NCBI GenBank assembly: GCA_965644265.1
Contig: OZ286463.1
Coordinates: 19,096,001 to 19,160,000 of the forward strand
From: Glycera tridactyla
Lineage: Eukaryota
Direction of reading: 5' to 3'
DNA: 64,000 nucleotides
The position numbers and the translations under genes are program-made. The first letter of the stretch is position 1, and each line of letters begins with the position of its first letter. Under the pieces are notes generated by a model. That model was given only the letters and a program-made list of their open reading frames with translations. It was not told the DNA's origin and made no database searches. This document shows, in pieces, positions 58,201-62,506 of the stretch.

Positions 58201-59123
58201 GTGAGAAGTAAATCAAGCACCTCCATAGCTCTGGAAGTCAAGGTCAAAGCTTAAATGAGCTATTATTTTTTTTACAATGAATGGAAACCTTCAACTTCAC
58301 CAGCACACTCATCGGCTATTCCCCACATTCCATGAACACTGCGAGTTATTCACTCTGACATGTAACTCCTTATTCGATCAGAATTGCCACAATAACGGAC
58401 AGTGAGATGAGATATGCCCAAACAAGCACTAGTTTCAGATTCCAGAATCATCGTGCCAAATACAGTGGACATTGGTTACTGGCGAGGGCATATTTTCGAT
58501 AACCATGCACTGAGAACATTGGTGTCAGATGCTCCTTGCATCCGCAGTACATGCGGTGAATATTCATTATAATATCCCCTTGGCTAGTGACATCCATGTT
58601 CTCAAAGAGGGATTTTGTATATCCAACATAGTTCTGAGTTGAGGATCGAATTACAAACCCTTGTATCATTCCTGTTCAATTTGTCACCTGCAGAGGATAG
58701 TAGTTACGCGGACAGCCTGGGAATTGGTATGCCTTTGTATGCTTTTGTAAGTCATTGAATAAATTCTATCATTTCCCAACTGGCAAGGATGATGAGCGAG
58801 CTCTACCGACATCTAAGGTAGCAAGTCAAACTCAGAATATATATCTTCAAAAAGTATTGACTCTTCAATTATAATCGCAAAGCCACGCCACTAGTGGGAC
58901 ACCCATGCCACAAATATAAGTATACTCTTAAAAAAGTATTGACTCTTCAATTATAATCGCAAAGCCACGCCACTAGTGGGAAGCCAATGCCCCGAATATA
59001 AGTATACTCTTAAAAAGTATTGACTCTTCAATTATAATCGCAAAGCCACGCCCATGCCCCGAATACAAGTATACTATACTTGTTCTTCTCACCTCCTGAA
59101 AGCAAATGAACTGATGCGAAAAT

Positions 59124-59159
<36 letters not shown>

Positions 59160-62100
59160 CCGTCATAAATGGAAATTTCACAACATACATGGCCACATAG
59201 AAGTGTGATACTTACTGGAATTTAGCATTGCAAATAGCCTTTATTTCTGGTTTCGTCTCATATCGATCCTTCAATCGGTATGCATTCACCACCTTCTGAG
59301 AATCTTTGGTGAATCCTAGAATAAGACATAAGACAATAATGATTGGTGGCTGGATAAGATAGCTCTTGTGGATGGGTGACTACTTCTTCATAAATGATGA
59401 GCGATGTTTGGTGAATCCTAGAATAAGACATAAGGCAATATTGATTGGTGGCTGGATAAGATAGTTTGTGTGAATGTGGGACTACTTCTTCATGAATGAT
59501 GAGCGATCTTTGGTGAATCCTAGAATAAGACATAAAGCAATATTGATGGGTGGCTGGATAAGATAGTTCTTGTGGATGGGGGACTACTCCTTCATAAATG
59601 ATGAGCGATCTTTGGTGAATCCTAGAATAAGACATAAAGCAATATTGATGGGTGGCTGGATAAGATAGTTCTTGTAGATGGGGGACTACTCCTTCATAAA
59701 TGATGAGCGATCTTTGGTGAATCCTAGAATAAGACATAAGGCAATATTGATTGGTGGCTGGATAAGATAGCTCTTGTGGATGGGTGACTACTTCTTCATA
59801 AATGATGAGCGATCTTTGGCGAATCCTAGAATAAGACATAAGGCAATATTGATTGGTGGCTGGATAGGATAGTTCTTGTGGATGGGGGACTACTCCTTCA
59901 TAAATGATGAGCGATCTTTGGTGAATCCTAGAATAAGACATAAAGCAATATTGATGGGTGGCTGGATAAGATAGTTTGTGTGAATGTGGGACTACTTCTT
60001 CATAAATGATGAGCGATCTTTGGTGAATCCTAGAATAAGACATAAAGCAATATTGATGGGTGGCTGGATAAGATAGTTCTTGTGGATGGGGGACTACTCC
60101 TTCATAAATGATGAGCGATCTTTGGTGAATCCTAGAATAAGACATAAAGCAATATTGATGGGTGGCTGGATAAGATAGTTCTTGTAGATGGGGGCCTACT
60201 CCTTCATAAATGATGAGCGATCTTTGGTGAATCCTAGAATAAGACATAAGGCAATATTGATTGGTGGCTGGATAAGATAGCTCTTGTGGATGGGTGACTA
60301 CTTCTTCATAAATGATGAGCGATCTTTGGCGAATCCTAGAATAAGACATAAGGCAATATTGATTGGTGGCTGGATAAGATAGTTCTTGTGGATGGGGGAC
60401 TACTCCTTCATAAATGATGAGCGATCTTTGGTGAATCCTAGAATAAGACATAAAGCAATATTGATGGGTGGCTGGATAAGATAGTTCTTGTAGATGGGGG
60501 CCTACTCCTTCATAAATGATGAGCGATCTTTGGTGAATCCTAGAATAAGACATAAAGCAATATTGATGGGTGGCTAGATAAGATAGTTTGTGTGAAAGGG
60601 GGACTACTTCTTCATAAATGATGAGCGATCTTTGTTGAATCCTAGAATAAGACATAAGGCAATATTGATTGTTGGGTGGATAAGATAGTTCTTGTGGATG
60701 GGTGACTACCTCTCCATAAATGATGAGCGAAACACAAATTCTGGGTCAAGTGAATAGCAAACAATCATCTGAATTGCAAATGCTTGCACTATTACCAGCA
60801 ATCATTTTTCATCTGTCACTTAAAACAATAAAGCAGACCAAGAACCATGTAATTGATGCTAATGAATGCTCACCTCCTTTCTCGTTGTCTGGAGGGAATG
60901 GTTTGTCATTCTTGCCATTCAAGAGATTCAGCAAGGGCTTCAGTAGAGACTTTATATCATCGCTGCCATAGTATCCGAATTTCACCAAAAAATGGAATAA
61001 TCGTAGAACCTGTCAAATGGAAAAAGTAATGATATGCATGATGAGCCATATATTGTGAAACAGTCGGTATACCAACTGATCCATGACATAGTAAACATCT
61101 TATCTTTCTTTCTTTGTTTGAGGTTCAACGGCATGTATCAACCCGTGGGTTATGTATGCCGTGTGTTCCTGGTTAATGGAAGCTAGGTGTTCTCTCCCCT
61201 GCAGAAATCACTCTCACAAACCCTGAACACAAGTTGATGGGGAACCTGAAAGGTTATCAAGAGGAAGTAGCTGACAGTTCAGACACACCTCTACCTAATC
61301 TGAACACACATAATAAACCTTTGATGGCATATCTGACTATGTAGCTGGCTGGAAGCTAACACTCAAGCCTGATAGCAATGCTTTTTTTTCGTAAACATCT
61401 TACATTTAAGCGATATCATCTGCAGATGGATTTATATCACACAGGATTATGTATGTCGAGTGTTCCTACAAGGTAGCTGGCTGTTCTGTCTCCATCAGCA
61501 TCCCTCTATCGTCCTCTGAACGCAAAGCGATAGAGGGGTGCTCAACAGGGAGCAGCTGACTGATGCATCTGGATTGAGGACATTGCCAGAAATGTGATAA
61601 TGCTTTATGTTTGGGTAATTAATCAAATGCTCACTTTGAGCTTTTGAATTCAAACGGGCATTACAATAATTTGTTCAATGATCAGTGCAATGCCATTGCA
61701 AAACCTAGCACACCAAGGTCCCGATCACAGTTCACGAGAACTGTTGTTCATGATACCTGTTTTGTGCATAGTAATAATATTGATGCGGACAAAACATGAG
61801 ACCATTTCATAGCACAGTTAGGGCGGTCCGAATAAATAGAGGAGATATGAAGGAAAAAGTATATTTTGATAATGTAGACATAAGTAGAGAATTTCTCAAG
61901 CTATAATCTCTCAAGACAGACGCCAAAGAATTCAGATCCTATTTGACACCCAAGAACGTTTTCTGAGAAAATGAGGAAAGGTCAGATGTAGGCCACCTGG
62001 CCCATACCCATATGTGGTTGCCATCTGAACGGACCCTACACTCAAACTATACACATCCCACGTATCTGAGCTAGGGGAGAGATGAAGTTCTACTAGCATC

Positions 62101-62506
62101 ACCCATTGCTAACAAGAACACGCTAGGCTCATGTTTCCCAAGAAGCTTGTTCGAGAGATAAGAGTTTGTTTGTTTGAGGGTCAACGGCATGTATCAACCC
62201 ATGGGTTATGTATGCCATGTGTTCCTGGTTGATGAAAGCTAGATGTTCTCTTCCCTGCAGACATCACTCTCACAAACCCTGAAACACAAGTTGATGGGGA
62301 ACCTGAAAGGCTGTCAAGTGGAAGTAGCTGACAGTTCAGACACACCTCTACCTAATCTGAACATACATAATAGAGACAAGAGTAATTACCTGTTCTATGA
62401 GCATGTTGCGACCGATCATCGTCCCTGTCATATCACGATTCTCTTCGAGGAATTCAGCTATCCAGTCACGTATCACGGGAAATAATGTCACAAGATCCTT
62501 GATGAT
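2713..62506 (-). CDS. ITPR: Multi-exon inositol 1,4,5-trisphosphate receptor family (ITPR-like) Ca2+ release channel gene, internal part, 32 exons
   Basis: 32 AG/GT-bounded exons join in one frame (3925 nt, every phase compatible). Peptides such as VLRLFHFLVKFGYY, LVLRVLARMCDGQHEGLQDYLREQ, SFNIVAETAQF, QLFETLNEF and EVGFTYYLILARL align by eye to ITPR central and RIH-associated regions. The gene continues beyond both window ends. Confidence 0.92.
4310..5077 (+). mobile_element. pearl/HINE-like non-autonomous element (Helitron/Helentron-associated type)
   Basis: Starts aactagagctttgtcacagaggtgac...tataccc. Ends with an (ACCG/ACCA)n microsatellite, gtgactccagtataccccc and a terminal hairpin. 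This architecture is known from DINE-1/pearl-like repeats. Family assignment is from recall. Confidence 0.6.
8260..8338. repeat. (TA)n microsatellite
   Basis: Near-perfect TA run. Confidence 0.97.
8381..8520. other. Assembly gap (140 N)
   Basis: Run of n. Confidence 1.
9754..9876 (-). CDS. ITPR: ITPR-like exon 31 (poorly conserved, possibly cassette)
   Basis: aattgcag|...|gtgagt, 123 nt, phase 0-0, PDRPKIDIPVRKSGTNLNIGMTLQSAKNLAKMGKNMLAGSM. Supported by splice sites and frame only. Confidence 0.68.
10479..10547 (-). CDS. ITPR: ITPR-like exon 30
   Basis: atttcag|...|gtaggt, 69 nt, phase 0-0, EIKDTLDKEALYRCMCGCYESTQ. Confidence 0.87.
12320..12570. repeat. 84-bp tandem repeat x3
   Basis: tgtgttctacacaggtacagg at 12344, 12428 and 12512. 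Confidence 0.92.
13912..14098 (-). mobile_element. tRNA-derived SINE, family A copy 1
   Basis: Minus strand has a tRNA-like head with A box tggctcagtggtag and B box-like ggcttcatccc, and a (CATTT)n tail. 12-bp TSD with 1 mismatch: tcaaaatggaga 13900-13911 and tcaagatggaga 14099-14110. Confidence 0.85.
14488..14611 (-). mobile_element. SINE family A copy 2, 5'-truncated
   Basis: Lacks most of the tRNA head. Perfect 13-bp TSD ctacccatatatg at 14475-14487 and 14612-14624. Confidence 0.88.
15019..15206 (-). mobile_element. SINE family A copy 3
   Basis: Full length with A and B boxes and a (CATTT)4 tail. No clear TSD. Confidence 0.85.
16200..16283 (-). CDS. ITPR: ITPR-like exon 29
   Basis: cgttgcag|...|gtaggt, 84 nt, phase 0-0, VLTLKQSIGNLLITLIEENSPESLQVAR. 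Confidence 0.9.
16719..16820 (-). CDS. ITPR: ITPR-like exon 28
   Basis: tcttacag|...|gtatgt, 102 nt, phase 0-0, GNQANRYVLLNSKIVDYINFILRAGEFKKCPSEK. Confidence 0.92.
17057..19144. repeat. 140-bp tandem array, about 15 copies
   Basis: atgttcgagtatcattcaatt recurs at about 140-bp spacing (17096, 17236, 17379, 17519 ... 18913). The array ends 28 nt from the exon 27 donor. Confidence 0.97.
19173..19322 (-). CDS. ITPR: ITPR-like exon 27 (RIH-associated domain)
   Basis: gtttgcag|...|gtctgt (weak donor), 150 nt, phase 0-0, DYLREQPDNMKSFNIVAETAQFVNLVYSNINPQTIDLIIQLFETLNEFTV. Confidence 0.92.
19869..20042 (-). CDS. ITPR: ITPR-like exon 26 (start of RIH-associated domain)
   Basis: ttttctag|...|gtaagc, 174 nt, phase 0-0, VAKLATKSKEAKENK...DDGYIELVLRVLARMCDGQHEGLQ. 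Confidence 0.93.
20796..21290. repeat. 101-bp tandem array x5
   Basis: catgatgggtggtacg at 20839, 20940, 21041, 21142 and 21243. Confidence 0.95.
21349..21545 (-). mobile_element. SINE family A copy 4
   Basis: A and B boxes with a locally duplicated head. Perfect 12-bp TSD agttgggtgaga at 21337-21348 and 21546-21557. Confidence 0.87.
21569..21760 (-). CDS. ITPR: ITPR-like exon 25 (Lys-rich linker)
   Basis: actacag|...|gtacgt, 192 nt, phase 0-0, SKAAKRREEKSKQHKAPKKKKPKEAKVNGFANDKMKDSQTLINSEHIELDTLDMTVDTIDPNTQ. Low complexity, so support is splice sites and frame rather than homology. Confidence 0.78.
22232..22301. repeat. (TG)n microsatellite
   Basis: TG run with a few TA interruptions. Confidence 0.95.
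22886..23928 (+). mobile_element. pearl/HINE-like element with internal core repeats
   Basis: Starts aactagg. Internal diverged subrepeats (cca-gtacaaattggccactg). Ends with (GACAGACG)n and the hairpin tagggc...gcccta. Confidence 0.55.
24691..25035. repeat. 43-bp tandem array x8
   Basis: catgaacttaagcacaacactgcatgtgtgcacagaaaatggt repeated. Confidence 0.95.
26571..26811 (-). mobile_element. Fold-back non-autonomous element, family D copy 1
   Basis: Reverse-complement homolog of 40369-40643, with an internal inverted repeat. Confidence 0.7.
28551..28650 (-). CDS. ITPR: ITPR-like exon 24
   Basis: atttgcag|...|gtaatg, 100 nt, phase 2-0, RSLAAQQRARQKEALAQTKSMQNSISIGKKAIQ. Confidence 0.87.
29155..29252 (-). 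CDS. ITPR: ITPR-like exon 23
   Basis: tttttcag|...|gtaagc, 98 nt, phase 0-2, SSLLYYFLHTREESFFAAIRARMHLSALAIKE(R). Confidence 0.92.
29452..29932. repeat. 53-bp tandem array x9, nearly invariant
   Basis: aatgtgtgttatcgtgactcatgggatgaaacctttaccaagaaccatatata repeated. I saw only one variant base. Confidence 0.97.
30311..30467 (-). CDS. ITPR: ITPR-like exon 22
   Basis: tctttcag|...|gtaagt, 157 nt, phase 2-0, QVQLVRDLQIELNDMGAVIMVLPHLARPSDRIAKEVLAFVCIMLFNANAKVQ. Confidence 0.92.
30615..32346. mobile_element. GC-rich TIR element (MITE-like) flanked by TTAA, containing a nested LINE fragment
   Basis: Left end ttaa|gccacccttacataggcacggcacctgct. Right end read as reverse complement is ttaa|gcagcccttacataggcccggcacctgct. 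TTAA at 30611-30614 and 32347-32350. Confidence 0.82.
30905..31985 (+). mobile_element. 5'-truncated non-LTR retrotransposon (CR1/L2-like) 3' fragment with reverse transcriptase ORF remnant (about 30904-31661)
   Basis: Open frame with GVPQGSILGPLLFVIFINDL, MYADDT, NKLTVNTKKTKWM and FKYSGVWLD, then an AT-rich 3' UTR, aataaa and a (tttgaa)-like tail. No endonuclease or RT N-terminal part. Confidence 0.9.
32514..32672 (-). CDS. ITPR: ITPR-like exon 21
   Basis: atttcag|...|gtaagt, 159 nt, phase 2-2, ISSNMQRFLTSENARLEQEELDIRCLQLLRAVIHNEERKLPEDWEENPQDHK. Confidence 0.92.
32729..33046. repeat. About 106-bp tandem array x3
   Basis: acaagg(c/t)ctc at 32731, 32837 and 32944. Fills most of the intron between exons 20 and 21. 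Confidence 0.92.
33170..33308 (-). CDS. ITPR: ITPR-like exon 20
   Basis: gtttgcag|...|gtgagt, 139 nt, phase 1-2, (E)YTTIGGDDELPLGEEFQEHLKRFVRPSEKKVIKKIELVKKIVEQL(R). Confidence 0.9.
33446..33634 (-). mobile_element. Retroposed repeat family B copy 1
   Basis: Minus-strand 3' end is the hairpin ggcat...aacccacgggtt...atgcc, then gttaaacct and a (CAAA)n tail. Homologous to five other copies. Confidence 0.85.
34378..34702 (-). mobile_element. SINE family C copy 1 with Deu/Nin-domain-like core
   Basis: Minus strand gcacgtaaaagatcc...aaagagtagggg...ccccgg resembles the Deu/Nin SINE core as I recall it. (CAAT)n tail. 12-bp TSD with 1 mismatch at 34366-34377 and 34703-34714. Confidence 0.7.
38261..38390 (-). 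CDS. ITPR: ITPR-like exon 19
   Basis: gtcaacag|...|gtaggt, 130 nt, phase 0-1, GHKEYYQGELELNAKLRTFAVNCSLLYGGHNNVQAQLKFKSKR. Confidence 0.9.
40111..40320 (-). mobile_element. SINE family C copy 2 with Deu/Nin-domain-like core
   Basis: gcacgttaaagatcc...aaagagtaggg core and (CAAA)n tail. Perfect 12-bp TSD tctcttatcggg at 40099-40110 and 40321-40332. Confidence 0.75.
40369..40643 (+). mobile_element. Fold-back non-autonomous element, family D copy 2
   Basis: 40-bp inverted arms at 40377-40416 and 40484-40523 (35/40 complementary). Homologous to 26571-26811. Confidence 0.72.
41937..42114 (-). mobile_element. Retroposed repeat family B copy 2
   Basis: A-rich tail. 10-bp TSD actgatgact at 41927-41936 and 42115-42124. 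Confidence 0.85.
42115..42300. repeat. About 103-bp tandem duplication
   Basis: actgatgactggactgtgtcaaatcatc...cacaggtcacaac occurs twice. Confidence 0.88.
42945..43016 (-). CDS. ITPR: ITPR-like exon 18
   Basis: tctctttcag|...|gtaaga, 72 nt, phase 0-0, VMEGLIEQLRNTNRLRESRHHTSK. Confidence 0.82.
42981..43425. repeat. 73-bp tandem array x6 overlapping the exon 18 acceptor
   Basis: catgac at 43011, 43084, 43157, 43230, 43303 and 43376. Unit is 37 nt of intron plus 36 nt of exon. Confidence 0.95.
43825..43929 (-). CDS. ITPR: ITPR-like exon 17
   Basis: ttattcag|...|gtgagt, 105 nt, phase 0-0, GFCEAVIPLVSNPSHLKGIISCITAIIPSSTVPNS. Confidence 0.85.
44449..44535 (-). CDS. ITPR: ITPR-like exon 16
   Basis: ttttgcag|...|gtatgt, 87 nt, phase 0-0, AFFNQFYIPEKDMYPAEVENTDKLARALV. 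Confidence 0.88.
44881..45060 (-). mobile_element. SINE family A copy 5
   Basis: A and B boxes. 12-bp TSD with 1 mismatch: gaacgatgggaa 44869-44880 and gaaccatgggaa 45061-45072. Confidence 0.87.
45370..45454 (-). CDS. ITPR: ITPR-like exon 15
   Basis: tttttcag|...|gtaaga, 85 nt, phase 2-0, DVSDPQDVESVAHVTLHYFFDTVMPILQ. Confidence 0.87.
45851..45964 (-). CDS. ITPR: ITPR-like exon 14
   Basis: ttttgcag|...|gtaaat, 114 nt, phase 2-2, SLWKFLQSVARDACDLTEYISKNQETTTHLLKKPPDK. Confidence 0.88.
46235..46439 (-). mobile_element. Retroposed repeat family B copy 3
   Basis: Flanked by a 115-bp direct duplication at 46120-46234 and 46440-46554. Confidence 0.85.
46742..46860 (-). mobile_element. Retroposed repeat family B copy 4 (lacks the 3' hairpin)
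   Basis: Perfect 16-bp TSD tgccaataatagatgt at 46726-46741 and 46861-46876. Confidence 0.85.
46884..47071 (-). CDS. ITPR: ITPR-like exon 13
   Basis: gctacag|...|gtaatt, 188 nt, phase 0-2, GENRFIESMCQTIMGVEELMWVMNHDDIDCNLKRPFLRYFLWVYMKTAGSAVESGAGDLPHD. Confidence 0.93.
47153..47334 (-). mobile_element. SINE family A copy 6
   Basis: A and B boxes. Perfect 12-bp TSD tgtagcagatgg at 47141-47152 and 47335-47346. Confidence 0.87.
47803..48126 (-). CDS. ITPR: ITPR-like exon 12
   Basis: ttttgcag|...|gtacag, 324 nt, phase 0-0, AFIGNQSTCLKV...PEFLDLLNVIVKVEG...YLISLIDLLATCAE. Confidence 0.94.
49053..49214 (-). CDS. ITPR: ITPR-like exon 11
   Basis: tttatcag|...|gtaagt, 162 nt, phase 0-0, EQYRGMEEVLKKSLKLLKALARGNDVVQVRMFERLDTLLKIKVVESDLAIALKE. 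Confidence 0.93.
49518..49630 (+). mobile_element. 3' end fragment of a pearl/HINE-like element
   Basis: (GACC/GACT)n microsatellite then gtgactccactata...aaacttcatttg...ggggggta, like 4970-5077. Confidence 0.5.
51777..51832 (-). CDS. ITPR: ITPR-like exon 10
   Basis: atttcag|...|gtaagc, 56 nt, phase 1-0, (E)LLTLVFDILSQEIDAKLM. Confidence 0.87.
51869..52563. repeat. 99-bp tandem array x7
   Basis: gtaactgacatgatttctcataagc at 51869, 51968, 52067 and onward. Produces the spurious 33-aa-periodic ORF 51818-52483. Confidence 0.96.
52574..53258. repeat. 76-bp GT-rich tandem array x9
   Basis: ggacgtgtgta at 52620, 52696, 52772 and onward. Abuts the 99-bp array. Confidence 0.95.
53601..53668 (-). 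CDS. ITPR: ITPR-like exon 9
   Basis: ctccctag|...|gtgagt, 68 nt, phase 2-1, FCHLPKEEHERHPMNQNILINH. Confidence 0.88.
54112..54422. repeat. 128-bp tandem repeat x2.4
   Basis: gatattcatg at 54114, 54242 and 54370. Confidence 0.9.
54547..54683 (-). CDS. ITPR: ITPR-like exon 8
   Basis: gtctcag|...|gttagt, 137 nt, phase 0-2, VLITTDSCHVHREIARTMPILRRHAKSKLNDDQVKTMSSVLDRYT(E). Confidence 0.88.
55449..55556 (-). CDS. ITPR: ITPR-like exon 7
   Basis: tttccag|...|gtaagt, 108 nt, phase 0-0, DLSNYKYDKMINKSLALLNKYYSSKTKLFKMAVQAM. Confidence 0.92.
56021..56120 (-). CDS. ITPR: ITPR-like exon 6
   Basis: atttcag|...|gtaaat, 100 nt, phase 2-0, RGLKLQKKALKDLRAMFDATAYFDSEQITSILM. Confidence 0.88.
57619..57734 (-). 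CDS. ITPR: ITPR-like exon 5
   Basis: atttcag|...|gtaagt, 116 nt, phase 0-2, SFIAKFKTAETTANAKKAKQRSVLSELLYEVFDPFDQS(K). Confidence 0.88.
58176..58230 (-). CDS. ITPR: ITPR-like exon 4
   Basis: cttccag|...|gtaagt, 55 nt, phase 2-0, AMEVLDLLLTFQFNSRLE. Confidence 0.9.
58848..59073. repeat. About 82-bp tandem repeat x2.8
   Basis: aagtattgactcttcaattataatcgc at 58852, 58934 and 59015. Confidence 0.9.
59126..59156. repeat. (CA)n microsatellite
   Basis: Perfect CA run. Confidence 0.95.
59216..59315 (-). CDS. ITPR: ITPR-like exon 3
   Basis: ttattctag|...|gtaagt, 100 nt, phase 1-2, (G)FTKDSQKVVNAYRLKDRYETKPEIKAICNAKF(Q). Confidence 0.88.
59301..60730. repeat. 102-bp tandem array x14 overlapping the exon 3 acceptor
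   Basis: gaatcctagaataagacata at 59311, 59413 ... 60637. Produces the spurious 465-aa periodic ORF. Confidence 0.97.
60874..61009 (-). CDS. ITPR: ITPR-like exon 2
   Basis: tttgacag|...|gtgagc, 136 nt, phase 0-1, VLRLFHFLVKFGYYGSDDIKSLLKPLLNLLNGKNDKPFPPDNEKG. Confidence 0.92.
61103..61390 (-). mobile_element. Retroposed repeat family B copy 5 (longest)
   Basis: Perfect 12-bp TSD gtaaacatctta at 61091-61102 and 61391-61402. Confidence 0.87.
62166..62371 (-). mobile_element. Retroposed repeat family B copy 6
   Basis: 12-bp TSD with 1 mismatch: agagataagagt 62154-62165 and agagacaagagt 62372-62383. Confidence 0.85.
62390..62506 (-). CDS. ITPR: ITPR-like exon 1 in window
   Basis: ttacctag|...|gtaatt, 117 nt, phase 0-0, IIKDLVTLFPVIRDWIAEFLEENRDMTGTMIGRNMLIEQ. 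Confidence 0.88.

Noticed and set aside
59258-60655. 465-aa minus-strand ORF, the longest in the track
   Set aside because: It is a 34-aa periodic translation of the 102-bp array and crosses exon 3 in the wrong frame. Not a gene.
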